The notes: a model not told the origin generated them from the sequence alone. A DNA stretch of 64,000 bases from Moniliella sp. 'wahieum' (GCA_003971905.1 RSEE01000077.1:186001-250000), one strand, 5' to 3'; counted from the first letter of the stretch, positions 1 through 12,889 are shown. Numbers and translations: made by a program.

Positions 1-595
1 CAAGATACTGCAGAGGGTTGGTGTGGGTGCATGCTGCGGCCCGCTTCAAAGGCGACAACACAACGGGATGGATGGAAGAATGATTGGATGAGCGGTAGGA
101 CGATGGGCCGAGGAAAGGGGAGGACACAGGGAATACTTTAATGAGAGTATTTAATGAGAGTCGGCCATGTCCGTGCCAAGCAGGGTTAGCATGGGGCGGA
201 ATAAAATCATTGCACCGAAGAGCGGAACAGCATGACTGCGGTGGTGCCCGGCAGAAGGCCAGTGCGCGGGGGGGCCGCTGGGCCTGGCTGGGCCCTGGGC
301 GGTCGTCGTTGCCGTTACCATCGCCATCGCCATCGCCATCACCCTCGACGCTGCCTCCACCGCCCCCACCACCCTCGCCTCTGTCCCATCTGTCGCCCGC
401 CCGCTGCTTTGGCCACACACCCTCCGCCCTCGCCTTCCCCCGCCACTGCTGCCCTCCCCCTTGGCTGGAGCGATGCCTGACTCGCTCCGCCGGCCCAAGC
501 TTGTTGTATCTTCTGTCTCTCTTGCCCCTCCGCCTTCGTCGCCTGAGTTTTCATCGCACCACTCCTTGTGCTAAACTCCCAATCTCTTCCGCCCC

Positions 596-2968
596 ATGTA
601 CTCCTCCCCATCCGCAAGTCCAGCGCCCCAGGCTGCGTACCTCTCTTACCTGAACCAGCAGCACGGCTCGGCCGCGGCTGCTGCCGTTGCCAGCCAATTC
701 CTTCCCCATTCCATGCCGCTGCGCCTGGAAACTCTTCGGGCGCTATGGGTGCCAACGGTCTCTATTCGCGCTACGCTGGCTCGAGTAATACGGGCACCCC
801 CTCGGCCGTCTGGCCGGCCCCACGCAACCTGGCCAGCCAGAGCGGACACCAGCAGCATCCGTCCCTCTCTTCGCTCGTAGGTTCTTCCACCAACGGCATT
901 CCAGGATCACCTGTCAACTATGCTACTGTCCACAGTTCTGCGGCTACACCAAGTACCCGCAACTTTCCCCCACTCAACTCACCTCGCCTCCTCAACACCC
1001 ATTCACCCGCTCACTCTCATGTTGTAGCGAATGGCAGCAGCGCATTGTCGCCTGCCGTGATCAACTCGCCCCACTGGAAAGCCCAGAAGAAAGGTGCAGA
1101 GGTATGTGTTTCCTCATCTTTGTCAGGTTCGCTTGATACTTACTCAGCTTGGCCACCGCCCCAGATATCTCGTCAATCGGGATCCCCGCATCACCACGCC
1201 CGTGCCGCTGCAACAGCAGCACGAACAGCCGCCAACGTGGTGATGCATCCAAGGCTCTCCTACCTGCGAATGGACTCCGCCCTGAGGCTCTCAAGCCATC
1301 TGGATCAACTCCGATGCCGAGTTCAGACGAGCCGGCTAGCTCACCAGCCAAGCGCGCCACCATTCCCGGCAAGATTCCTCCTCGAGAAGTAGATGAGGAT
1401 CAGTCTTGGACCCAACTGGATTTGGGGGGCATGCACCTGCGTGCTCTGGCGCCCGAATTGTTTCGTTACGAATTTTTGACTTCGCTCTTCATCAATCATA
1501 ACGATCTGACCATGCTGACTCCGGAGATTGCCAAGCTCAAGCATCTTGAGGTACTTGACGTATCGCAGAATCGGCTGACACTGCTCCCTCCCGAACTAGG
1601 CCTCTTGCCGACGCTGAAGGAATTGTTCCTATTTGACAACGCGATCACAGTTCTCCCCCCTCAGTTGGGCATGCTGTACCAGCTTGAAATGCTGGGGATT
1701 GAGGGCAACCCGCTGGACATGGAGCAACTCACTGAGATCCAGCAGAATGGCACGGTTGCTCTCATCCACGCTCTGCGGGACAAGGGCCCAATCCCACCTG
1801 AACCCGTCAAGCGAAAGTGGATCAACTTGACGGCCGAAGCCGAGGAGAACGAAGGTCAAGATGAGCAGGACACCTCCCACCTCGACCGCCCCGATGACCG
1901 GAGCGAGACAGTGTGATGGGCTACAATGTTCTGGCTGACAAATTGGCGACCGAGGCGATCTTTGGCTACACCCCCTCCTGGGCCCTGCAATGGGAATACC
2001 GCAAGGAGATCATCGCCAAGGAGATCCACCAGCTTGGGGCCGATATGGTGTGTCTCCAAGAAGTGGGGATGCAACAGTACGACGAGTTTTTTCGCCCCGT
2101 TGCTGCATACGTACGGCTATGCTGGTGTGTATTATGCCAAGTCCCGGATCAAGACTATGCGTGACGAAGAGAAGCGTCGGGTGGATGGGTGCGCTGTATT
2201 CTACAAGCGAGCCAAGTTCCATATGGTGGACAAGTATGTGATTGAGTATGGACAAGCCTGTCTTCAACGAGACGACTTTCGCGCCAGCGAGGATGTCTAC
2301 AACCGCGTCATGCCCCGCGACCAGGTTGGAGTGATCTGCTGCTTTGAGTACCGTGAGTCGGGTGCAAAGCTTATTGTGGCCAACACGCACTTGCACTGGG
2401 ATCCGGCCTACTCCGACGTCAAGTTGGTTCAGTCTGCGATGCTGATGGACGAGCTGCAGAGAGCCTGCAAAGTGTTCTCGAAGCGCAAGACGGACGTTAC
2501 GCTTCCTCCGGGGCGGTTGCGCCTATTTACCCCGATGGCAATGCCGTACCCACCATCCTCTGTGGCGATTTCAACTCTGAGCCCAGCAGGGTGTGTTTGA
2601 ATTCATTTCGACGGGCCAGTTGTCGGGCCAACACGAGGACTTTTGGACAAGACGTATGGCGACGTAACGGTCAAGGGGCTGCAACATGGGCTGCCTTTAA
2701 AGAGCAGCTATGGTGCCATTGGGGAGCTACCCTTCACCAACTTTACCCCCGGCTTTGTGGGGGTACTAGAGTACCTCTTCTACTCGACCGACACGATTGA
2801 GACGACGGCGTTGCTGGGACCATGGACGAAGAGTATGCGTCGAGGTGCGTCGGTTTCCCCGACGCCCACTTTCCTTCCGACCACATCCCTCTCGCAGCCA
2901 AGTATCGTATTCGCCTACCCCTCGACACTAAGGTGATTCGTCCTTCGCCTGTGTCGTCCGATGCGTAG
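596..2968 (+). CDS. CCR4: CCR4-NOT complex deadenylase subunit (LRR + EEP nuclease domain), frameshifted in this assembly
   Basis: N-terminal SRQSGSPHHHARAAA motif; LRRs (LTSLFINHNDLTML, LEVLDVSQNRLTLL); EEP motifs GYNVLA, VCLQEV, VANTHLHWDP, CGDFNS, FTNFTPGF, FPSDHIPL; probable intron 1102-1164; stop TAG 2966-2968. Confidence 0.93.
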
Positions 2969-3463
2969 GGGGGTAGGGTTTCTCGCTTGTCGGCATCATT
3001 GCATTGCATTGCACCATGCCGCTCTTGATCTCTTGATCTCTTGATCTCCTTTCCTCTTGGCCTGCTGTTTGTCTATATCCTGTCACGCGCAACGTCCCGA
3101 TGGTCCACCTAATCGCAGTCCGCCTCGTACTCGTCCCCGACATGTATTGTCGATACTCTTTGTACTTTGGGGTTGGCTTGTGGTGTCGCTCAATCAAGAT
3201 ATCGATCATATGGATAGCAGAGACGGATTCTCCTCTCATCATACTAGCTTTGCAACCCCGATATAATGCACTGTATAGGTGTAAAAGGCACTCTACCTCT
3301 TTCCAAGGGCACTATTGCTTTTTCACGCACTTTTGTTCAACCTGGTCAATATAATGACCGGACCAAACCTTATCTCCATCACCGAACGGTCCCCACGCTC
3401 TGCCCCCCTCAAATGGGCCACTTAAGATGTAGCAGAGGCAAAGTTAACGAGAACCTATAAGCT

Positions 3464-5047
3464 CTATACCTCCCAATCGGAACCGACCCATGACTCGCTT
3501 AGGGTCGTATTAGCCTGGATGGATAGGTTAGTAGCGTTACTCTCGCCGCGGGCGGGAGGTCCGATCGAGTTCTTCCTTGCCGGCCTCGCTGGCCTCGCGG
3601 CCTTGGCAACCATCGTCACGCTGAATTGCGGCGGATACCAAGTCGGGACTCGAAACTCGAGACTTGGAGACCTAGGTCGATCGCGGGGCAAGGATCGCGG
3701 CCGGTCTCGAAGGCCGACCACGGCGTGCGGCTCGTCACGCGTCATGGGCTTACGAGTAATAGTAGTAATCCAGGCCCGAAGAGCCCGAGCCCGAGCCCGA
3801 TTGCCCGTCAAAAGGATCCAGCTCCTTGTGAATCTAGTAGTTGGTTCTTGCACCGGCGCGACGGTATATACGCAACGCACGAAGGGAACAAGGACGAGCA
3901 CCGGTGGTGGTGACCGTGGGTGTATACCCGGGCGTGGGCGTGGTTGTAGCCGTGGACGTGGCGGTGGCGAGGGGACGCCCACGCGCGTGTCAGGCGCGAG
4001 TGTGCCTCGCTGGTTTCGCATCTTGTTCCCGGTCGAAGTGGGCTCCGCGTGGGTCGCGCTCCTGATCATATTAGGAGGATGATCCGACAGGAGGAGCGAT
4101 CAGGGCCGTGATGGGCCGCGAGATGAGCGGAGAGCCAGCACCGTACCCGACTCGAGTGGGGAGGTGCCATGGTGGTTGTTGGGCATATCGTCCGCGCCTG
4201 CTGGATAGTAGGGCGCTGGTAGAGGTCGAACGGTACCGTCTGCACCGCCTGCACCGCCTGCACCGCCTGCACCGCCTGCACCGCCTGCACCGCCTGCACG
4301 CCTGCACCGCTTCCCGGCACGGCAGGGTACGTCACGCCCATTCCGATGTGCGCGTGAAGCATGTGTTGTTGCATAACGGCGAGTTGGTGGTTGACCTGGG
4401 TCTGCAAAGGGGTGGCATGGAGGCGATGATTTAGTCGGGTTCATGGTTCATGCCTATCAGCAATCCCATCGCGTCCCGGGGTAAAGGGAGGTAAACGGAG
4501 CGTACCGGTACCGAGCTTCGGTAGCCGCATGCCAGGTTTGTCTCTGGCTCTGGTTCTGGAGATGGGTTGGAGGAAGTGTGTGCGCCTGGAGGTGGCGGTG
4601 GTGCGTGGTCCAGCGGGCCCAGGTGGCTTGGTCAACCCCACAGTTGAATCAAGCCTCAAGTTGGCGCCGGGGGGTGCCATGACTTGGAGGCTATCGAGGC
4701 CGGATCCTAAATCGCACATGCCACCATGCCAATGATACAGCATGGTGCGAAGCAACTTATTGGCTCCGCCTCCCGTCGCACCGGCTGCGCCGGGCCAGGC
4801 CAAGGCCATGTCCGTGTCCAAGTCCAAGTCCGTGTCCGTGTGCGGCACTCGCAGATCCACCATGGGGGGCGGCATGTGCAGCGTGGACGCCGGTGCTGGT
4901 GCATGCGGCGGTGGACCGTCGGGACGAGAAGAGCGACAAGGCAAGTACCATACTTGAGCAATGGCAGCATGAAAAGCCTCTTTGGCTCAATGGTAAGGCG
5001 TCGCCTCGTAATGCGAAGATTAGTCGTTCGATTCGGCTAGGAGGCAT
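3464..5047 (-). CDS. Hypothetical low-complexity protein (structure uncertain)
   Basis: Chain of overlapping minus-strand ORFs (4757-5047, 4441-4944, 4066-4407, 3464-4069) including AVQ repeats; no recognisable domain. Confidence 0.3.
4240..4310. repeat. 9-bp tandem repeat (CTGCACCGC)n, about 7 copies
   Basis: Directly visible; reads as AVQ repeats on the minus strand. Confidence 0.9.
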
Positions 5048-5288
5048 ATAATTTTTTTAGTGTGCGTCTCCCGATTTGTTGAAAGTTGAAATACAGACTC
5101 GCACGACAGGGCACCCAGAGCTGGGACCGACACCTCCACGTCACCTGCTTAATAGCGTCACTAATTCCTGCTCACCGGTGAGGTGACCTTCCACGTGGCG
5201 CTGATCCATGGTAGAGAGGGAAGCGAGGGGTGGGGGGTTGTGAACGTTCACCCCCACCACCACCGCTTCTGTCCCAGGTTGTGCCATT

Positions 5289-5949
5289 ATGAAGTTTGTC
5301 GCTCTTGCTCCTGTGCTGCTGGTTGCCGCGGGGTTGGCCAGTGCAGCGGCGCCTCCGACGTCTCTGCAGATTGGCGTCAAGAAGCGTGTGCGGCGGGCGA
5401 GTGCCTGGTCAAGACGGTGAGCGGCGACCGGGTCGAGATGGAGTACACTGGCCGGTTGTGGGAAGGCGAGCAGTTTGACTCGCCGGGTCGAGATGGAGTA
5501 CACTGGCCGGTTGTGGGAAGGCGAGCAGTTTGACTCGTCGGTGGGACGGGGCCCGTTCGAGTTTGTGCTAGGCCAAGGCCAAGTGGTGCGTGTGCTTTTG
5601 GGTGCTGTTGGGTTGGCAGGAGGGTGTGCTGACGTGCTGACGTGCTGACGGCTGCCTGCAGATTAAAGGCTGGGACCAGGGGCTGACGGACATGTGCATT
5701 GGGGAAAAGCGCAAGCTGACCATCCCACCTGCCTTGGGCTATGGCGAGATGGGCGCGGGGGGCAAGATCCCGCCGGGGGCAACGCTGGTGTTTGATGGTA
5801 CGTGTCTGGGGGGGGGGGGGGGCTGATTGTGTGCTGGGCTGACGCGGGGGGTGTTGGGTGTGGTGTGTGCTGGCCCAGTGGAGCTGCTGGACATCAAGGG
5901 AGCGCGTGCGGATGCACTCAAGTTTGCGCACGCCAAGGCGGACCTGTGA
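5289..5949 (+). CDS. FPR2: Secretory-pathway FKBP-type peptidyl-prolyl isomerase (FKBP-13/15 type)
   Basis: Signal peptide [91 protein letters not shown]-terminal KADL; introns 5586-5661 and 5798-5878; internal 55-bp duplication. Confidence 0.92.
5428..5537 (+). repeat. Perfect 55-bp tandem duplication inside FKBP exon 1
   Basis: 5428-5482 is identical to 5483-5537. Confidence 0.95.
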
Positions 5950-6096
5950 GGGCGTGGGCAAAGCGGGTACTGAATTGGATGGGGTGGTTGTTGCGTATTA
6001 GCTCTGATTTGATTGTGCGGGTGACGTAAGGGGCGCGTGAGGCGCGTGGCGGGTGCTTAGGTCATCGGGTGGCGGCGGGTGGGGGCTGGGTGGCCA

Positions 6097-6165
6097 GGGG
6101 CGGGTGGCCTGGGGCGGGTGGCCTGGGGCGGGTGGCCTGGGGCGGGTGGCCTGGGGCGGGTGGCC
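6097..6165. repeat. 15-bp G-rich tandem repeat (GGGGCGGGTGGCCTG)n, about 4 copies
   Basis: Directly visible between the FKBP and F-box genes. Confidence 0.85.
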
Positions 6166-6311
6166 AGCGGCGTGTCGCCCGATCTGGCCCGGCGCGCCAA
6201 GGGGGCGGGTGGGCGGCACAGCCAACAGACTGAGGTGCGACTGAACGCTCAAGCTCAACGCTGAACGCGCTCAACGCTCAACGCCCCCCCCCTCTCTCCC
6301 TCCGCCACGCC

Positions 6312-9300
6312 ATGAGCCGCCTCGGCACGCCCGTCGGCGAACCACGCGCCAAGCATCCCGCCCGCACCACCCGCATCCACCCCGCCCCTCCCCTGCGCCC
6401 GCCGCTGCGCCCGCCCCCGCCCCCGCCCCGCCCCCGCCTCTGCGTCCGCGCCCGCCGCGCCCCCCACCGCCCCCCCACCGCCCCCTCCGCCCCCGCCCTC
6501 CCCCCCGCTCCCCGAGCACGACGTCCCCCTCACCGCCGACCTGCCGCGCCTCGTCGCCTCCCTCCCCCCCGACCAGCTCTCCCGCCTCGCCGCCCTCGCC
6601 CTCCGCGGCCTCACCGACCCCGACACGCGTCTCCGCACCCTCGCTGCCGCCCAGCTGCCCCCGAAGACACCGCCAGCTGCCCGGGGTGGTCGATGCCGTT
6701 CGCGCTCGCATCTACGCCGTGCGCTGCGACCCGCTCGCCATCTTGCCCACCGAGGTCGGCATCCGTATCTTTGAGTTTATCGACCACCCACGCACTCTGG
6801 CCCGTGCTGCGCGCGTCAGCCGTACCTGGCACCGTTTTGCCACCACGCCAGCTGTCACACGTACGCTCGCCCACCGCTTGGGCTTTACCGTGCCTACGTA
6901 CGCGCCTCACTTGCTCACTTCACCTGACCGTACCCGTCGCTCGAATGGCTAGGCATTGGTATCAACAACCAGCCTCGGTTTGTCACGCCTCCGCCGCCCC
7001 CGCGCGCACTGGCGCCCCCACCTGTGCGCGACGACCATTCGTCCAAGTAATCGTGATTGACGATCTTGGATCCCAATCTGTTCCTCCGCTCAGTCGTCGT
7101 CGTCGGTCCGATGCCGACGAGTCCAGTGCCCCGCCGCGGAAACGTCCGCGTCGGTCTGCGCCCAACCCTTCCCGCGCGGCGCCGGAGCCCAAAATCGATC
7201 CGGCCGTGGCGCATCGGGAAGTACTCAATCTTCTCGACAGCCTACAACGTCGTTACGTCGCGACGGGCGTGTCGGTTGAAAGTGATGATGAAACGTTGCG
7301 CATGCTGACCAAGGAGCTTGGGTACCTTGACCGTGCTCTGCGAGCGCGACTTCGTCCGTCGGCGGAATCTCAAATTGGAATGTCACTTCTCGATACGCTG
7401 GAAGGTATTGTCCGTGCTGAATCGGCGCAAAGGAGGGGGATCCCTGTTTGCCACGCGTCGCGTTTTCAAGTCTTCGATTGGACAAGGTGTGGTTGCAGAA
7501 CCTGACGCGCGCCAAGTTGATCGAGTCGCTTTTATTTTTTGCCGAGCTGGGACCAACGTCAGTCAACATGTTTGACACCCAGTCGTTCCTCTCTACCTTT
7601 TTGAGTGCGCCTCGGGATGAGGCCAGAGTGCCAGTTCCTGAAGTTGTCGGCGGTGCGAATGCGGCCGGGGCCAAATGGTCAGGAGAAATCAAACCTGGTG
7701 ACGCAGCCATCCCCCACCCCGGGCAAGCACGGAGGCATCGAGATGGCCAAGGATGCGTCGTAATGGAGAAACCTGCGTATGATGGTAAACAACCGACTGT
7801 GTCGTGTCTCGATACGAAAGGAGGATTGCTGGATACTCTCAAGCCGTCGCCGGAAAATTTAATTTTCGACCTTCCTTCCGAAGGGCAGGAGGTGGCCACC
7901 GTCCCGGGCGCATCCTCGTGAAGCGCTTGCGCTTCAGTATGAGGTGACGCGTGCGTGGCTCGACCGTGGAGGCCTTCTGTCTCAACATTACCTGTACCCT
8001 GAGGTGATGATAACCGACATGGTGGCCGATGACGATCGGATCGTGCTAGGCATGGGCAACAATGCGATCCACATTATCGATGCCCGAACGGGTTGTTGCA
8101 AGAGACGTTGCATGAGCACACGAGTGGAGTGTGCTTGGCGCTTGTACCTCCTTGGCCTAGCTTGCGACCATCGGGATTTGCGGACCAAGTGCCGCGCGAG
8201 GGCATCCCAACGACCAACATGGTCTTGACCGAGTACGATTCTCGTCCAGAGGCTTACCTCGAGGCGTACCCTTCCCCGCTCCTGTCTGCCTCGGAATGGG
8301 AGACGGTACCTTGGCTCCGATCGTTGAGTAGCACCCAGCGCGCCCTGCTACAAGTGTACCGCAGCATTGAGCAAAAGCTACTTGACCATCCTACCTGGTC
8401 GCATTCGCGCGGGAAGATGGCTGATTCCACTGCGGGCCCTAGCAGCTACAGCGGTCGTCGCGGTACGAGCAAGCCCATCTGGAAGCTGGACCGGCATTAC
8501 ACGGACTGGGCGAGCCCGTCTCGAGAAGAGAATGTGCCGCTGATGCTGCGGCGGGATTGGACTGGGCCCGACTCGGTGATGGAAGCTGCGATGGAGACGG
8601 AGCGAGCGGCATGTATGGCCGCTCGCAACACCCAGGGCTTGCCCAATGCGCCTCCTATCACGCAAGAGTCGTTGATCCCCTCGTTGGCGCGCACGCGTGC
8701 TGAAAAGGCGATGGAGTTGGAAAAGTCGTTGGCCAACAAGCCATTGTTAGTTTCAGGCGGGTGTGACCGGACGGTGATGGTGTGGGATTTAACCACCGGC
8801 CAGCTGGTGCACATCCTGCGTGGACATACCGCCACGGTACGATGTGTGTCTCTGCTGAATGTGCGTGGCGTGTTGGCGGTTACAGGCAGTCGGGATCGGG
8901 ATGCACGTTTGTGGGATGTACGAAGCGGGTTGTTGGTGCACACGTTCCGTGGGCACCAAGAATCGATTCGGTGCATTGCCGTGTCAGAGGACTGTGAGGT
9001 GACGTCGGACGGACTAACGATTCCGTTGAATCCTGCTGAAGCGCCCAAGGCGCCTCTGTTTGCCACGGGGTCGTACGATAGCAATGTCCGGGTATGGGAT
9101 GCGGAGACTGGCAAGTGCCTGCACACGTTGCAAGGGCACACGCAGCAAGTGTACTCGATCGCCTTTCGTCGGGGGACGATCGTGACTGGATCGCTTGACA
9201 CGACGGTGCGCGTATGGGATGCGGTGAATGGGTACGTTTTTGTTCAGTCCAGACGCAGCAGCAGCAGCAGCAGTCAAGGGTACGTTTGTACTGACATTAT

Positions 9301-10174
9301 TGATAGCCGTCCTTTGGGTGTACTCAAGGGCCACACGTTGGTGAGTGTGATCACCATCCGTGGCAACATGGTCGTGACAGGCGGGAGTGACGGGCGGGTA
9401 CTGGTGTACGATCTGGACAAGTTTACGTGTATCCACCGTCTCTGCGCGCACGACAATAGCGTTACGTCACTGCAATTTGTACCTGGTCTAGCGCGGGGGT
9501 TGATTCCGCAATACTACCTTGCGCGTCGACGTGCGAGCCAGCGGCCTCGGAACGAGCGTGGCACAGCAGGTGCCGGTCTGAACCCGCCTGCGTGGGGCAC
9601 GGTGGACGAGGAGTACTGGAGCTACGATCCCGAGTCGGACGATGCGCGTTGGCTCGTATCAGCCAGCAACGATGGGACGACCAAGTTGTGGGACTTGGCC
9701 GACGGAGTGTGCGTGTGCGTCACATTGGTCCAACAAGCAAGCATGTACTCAAGTTTGTCTGTACCAACGACCGAGCTGTGATCGCGTCTTTCCCGTGACG
9801 CATCCCATGCCGCGGATCGAGCGGTCGCGGTTGGACATTGCTCCTTCCGCCCCTGAGCACCAAGGCGAAACGCTGGCTGGTAGTCAAGTCGGGAAGCACA
9901 AGTACCGAAAGCGGGACCGAAGCGGGCGTGGATGGCGAGGAGACGTGTCGCAGTCCTGGGGTCTTCCGCGTCCAGCCGCGCGTCCTCACCCGCACCCACG
10001 TCCAGGCCTGCGTCTGCACTTTGGCGCAAGGGATTCGTGGATGCTCCACCCGCGGCAGTCTGTGGGCGAGGAGGATGGGGACGAGGCAAGTGCGGGACAG
10101 GAGGGGAGGACGAGGACGAAGAAGACGAAGAGGACGAGGACGAGGAAGAGAGTGAGGCCAAAGTCAATGTGTGA
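6312..10174 (+). CDS. F-box/WD40-repeat protein (Cdc4/Fbw7-like SCF substrate receptor)
   Basis: F-box DPLAILPTEVGIRIFEFID-RTLARAARVSRTWH; WD40 repeats LVSGGCDRTVMVWD, GHTATVRC-VTGSRDRDARLWD, ATGSYDSNVRVWD, VTGSLDTTVRVWD, VSASNDGTTKLWD; probable intron near 9232-9306; acidic tail; 3' end approximate. Confidence 0.85.
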
Positions 10175-10679
10175 GCGCAGGGCGGCTCCGGTGTGTTGGT
10201 GCTATTTGGCTATTTGGCGGCTATGGTATGATTGGCGTGTGTGTACTAGGGATGCGCCTCATGGATCTCATGGCCCGTTTTGCTCGAGCACAAAGGCAGG
10301 AGGTAGGGCGGGTAGCAGCTCAGGCCGTAGCAGAGTGGGCAGTAATTATGAGTGGACCAGAGGCCTGCCCGCCAAGGTACAACAATTGAAATCGCAATGT
10401 CTGGTTCTGAATCGTCGAGTTTGAATTGTGACATGTGAACGCTGGATGCGAGTGCTGCTGGCACGTGCTCAGCTGCAACTGTTCAATGTTCAATGTTCAG
10501 CTGAACCCCCATTCCGCCCCGCAGCCTCGGCGGCCTCCGGGCTGAGCCTGAGGCCTGGAGGACCTGAGGCCTTACCGTCACCTGAGGCCCCCCGCGTCTG
10601 GCGCCCACGCTCGCCATCACCACCCCCGCCTCGTCCCGCCTCCTTGCTCTTCCCACCTCCGCCTCCCCCCCCGGCGGTG

Positions 10680-11903
10680 ATGCCCGTGAGCGACTCATCT
10701 GCCTCGACACCTCCTACCAGTGCTAGCCAGTCCGACTGGCCCCCCGCCATGCTGCCCACGCTCACACTCACCCCCGCCTTGTCGCATGAAGTTGGTGATC
10801 CGGTGGGCGACGACCCGGACGAGTCTATGGGAAAATCCCACCACAAGCTCGACCACGACACGTTTACGGATGAAGATGATTTGTCCGGTGACGACCTATC
10901 CTTCCCCACCGACTCGATGCGTCTTGGCTACCTAGACTCCAACACTAGTTTCACCACGTTTCTGCGTCCCGATCCAGATGCGTCCTCTGTGCCGCCGCAT
11001 ACTGACTCGGCGTCGCAAGAGGAACCTACGGAAGACGAAGAGGCGGCCATTACAGCGACACTTGCTCGTTGGTCCGAGCGAGATCGGCAGCGACGCAAGA
11101 CGGTGCGCCAACGACGGCCTGCGCCAACCTCCACTCAGCCTGCTGATACTGAAGCTGGCGCCACCAACCCAGGACTGCTTCGTCGTCTATCTACGCTTCG
11201 TCGTCCGCGTGCCAGTGCAAAAGCGAGCGTTTCATCCGCCGCACCACCAGCCTCGGGAACCGTACCATCGGTGAACCAAGCACGTTCCACCACAGCACTT
11301 GCTCCCGGCGCGCAGTCACCAGGCTCACCTCGTGGCAACGCATCTCTTTCCGCTTCACCCGGCGCGGGGAGCGGCGAGTCAGTTACGGGGTTGGGTCTGG
11401 TGATGCGGGACCATCAAGAGGTGGATATGGTGGATATGGTCTCACGTGCCAAGAAGGGGAAACGGCCTGAAAAACCAGGCTTATCCAACCCGCGACCTAC
11501 GGTCCAAAAACCTTTGGTCACAGCGGGCCCGGCACCCGTACGAAGCATGTCTCTCCACCCCCCGCCTCGGGAGTACGGGCGACGTGGACGGGCACGTGGA
11601 CGAGGCCGTGATCGTGATCGTGATCGTGATCGTGATCGTGATCGTGATCGTGATCGGCACCGGTCTCATCCGTTATCTCTTCGTCCTCTTCCCCTTCTTC
11701 TTCTCCTTCACATTCACCTTCTCCTTCGCCCCTCTCTTCAGCAGAGGCTAGCCCATCTCGTCCCCGCTCCCCGGCGTTTATGCATGGCAAACCTGATGAG
11801 CCAGTTAGGGAGCGAGGGGTATGGCTCACCGACTTTCTCTGTTGCCTATCCAGTTCAACTACCGAAAGAAGCCCAGGCTGGACGGACCAACCCTCTCGAG
11901 TAA
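10680..11903 (+). CDS. Hypothetical Ser/Pro-rich protein with an RD-dipeptide tract
   Basis: About 400 uninterrupted codons from ATG 10680 (MPVSDSSAST); 3' end uncertain. Confidence 0.5.
   Translation: MPVSDSSASTPPTSASQSDWPPAMLPTLTLTPALSHEVGDPVGDDPDESMGKSHHKLDHDTFTDEDDLSGDDLSFPTDSMRLGYLDSNTSFTTFLRPDPDASSVPPHTDSASQEEPTEDEEAAITATLARWSERDRQRRKTVRQRRPAPTSTQPADTEAGATNPGLLRRLSTLRRPRASAKASVSSAAPPASGTVPSVNQARSTTALAPGAQSPGSPRGNASLSASPGAGSGESVTGLGLVMRDHQEVDMVDMVSRAKKGKRPEKPGLSNPRPTVQKPLVTAGPAPVRSMSLHPPPREYGRRGRARGRGRDRDRDRDRDRDRDRDRHRSHPLSLRPLPLLLLLHIHLLLRPSLQQRLAHLVPAPRRLCMANLMSQLGSEGYGSPTFSVAYPVQLPKEAQAGRTNPLE
11608..11656. repeat. (GTGATC)n hexamer repeat, about 8 copies
   Basis: Directly visible; encodes RDRDRD in the open frame. 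Confidence 0.9.
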
Positions 11904-12173
11904 GATAAAAAGAGTGTCGAACTCCTTCGTTCTTCCAGTGACTAGTGACGTCGCCCCGCCTTGCCTTCATCCCCTCTTTTCCCCTCCCGTCCTAAGGCCT
12001 AAGGCCCATTCACTTCCTTTGGGCCTGGTCAGGAGATTGCATGGGTGTCCCTGGATGTACTCTTTTCGTTTGGCTTGGTTTCATTTCGTTTCGTGCGTTT
12101 CCTTTTTCCTGTTCTTTGTTTTTTGCTCGTCCTGGACACTGCGCACTTGTCGATGTTTCCCCCCCCCTCTTGC

Positions 12174-12284
12174 CCCTCTTTCCCCTCTTTCCCCTCTTGC
12201 CCCTCTTGCCCCTCTTGCCCCTCTTTCCCCTCTTGCCCCTCTTGCCCCTCTTGCCCCTCTTGCCCCTCTTGCCCGCCTTGCCCC
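12174..12284. repeat. 9-bp tandem repeat (CCCCTCTTK)n, about 12 copies
   Basis: Directly visible. Confidence 0.9.
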
Positions 12285-12541
12285 ACTGTAGTACGCACAT
12301 GGTTATACCCTCTCTATTGTTCCTACGTCAGTGGCCCCAGGGCCCACCCCAACCTATCTCACTCGTGAACCCGTTCTTGACTGCCATCATGCACCCTGCC
12401 ATGGGTAGATGAGATGCCATTGTTGCAGCCAAACGAGATGGAAAAGGAAAGCAAGTAGTGCGATGCGATGACAGAGGGAGCGCCTAGACCCCCTGATCAG
12501 CTCGATCAAGAGTTACTAGTTACATGTTACACTGACGATAC

Positions 12542-12550
12542 AAAAAAAAA
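12542..12550 (-). terminator. Pol III oligo-T terminator of the tRNA-Glu gene
   Basis: T9 immediately 3' of the tRNA on the minus strand. Confidence 0.85.
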
Positions 12551-12638
12551 TTCCCCAACCGGGAGTCGAACCCGGGTCTTCACGGATCAGACCGAGCGTC
12601 TTGAAAGCGTGACATCATAGCCGTTGGACCATTGAGGA
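12551..12638 (-). tRNA. tRNA-Glu(TTC) with a 16-nt intron (12586-12601)
   Basis: Minus strand gives acceptor stem TCCTCAA/TTGGGGA, anticodon stem TCACG/CGTGA with loop CT-TTC-A^C, T arm CCGGG-TTCGACT-CCCGG; intron at the canonical 37/38 position. Confidence 0.95.
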
Positions 12639-12889
12639 GTGATGTGTAGTTCTCGCAACAGAAGCCCAACTGCATTCACTCAACGAGTAGATTTGTAATT
12701 CCCCTTCCGCCCGGGCCAAGTTTCAAAATTGGCATTACTAAGAAAGAAGGCGAGACTGCGCTGGTGCCTTTATTTACCTTGGCTATCATCCTGAGCCTGA
12801 CCACGCCTCGGTCCCGCTTAGTCCTGGTCCTACCAGCAAGAGCAAGCGCGTCCCGACCGCCTTCTTGGTCTCCACCGTCCTCCTCCATC

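Noticed and set aside
4930..5047. Myb/SANT-like fragment (EAFHAAIA/LLKYG) on the minus strand
   Set aside because: Needs a frameshift and lacks the conserved tryptophans.
12010..12412. Collagen-like GKR/GQE or CPS-repeat proteins
   Set aside because: All are translations of one 9-bp tandem repeat.
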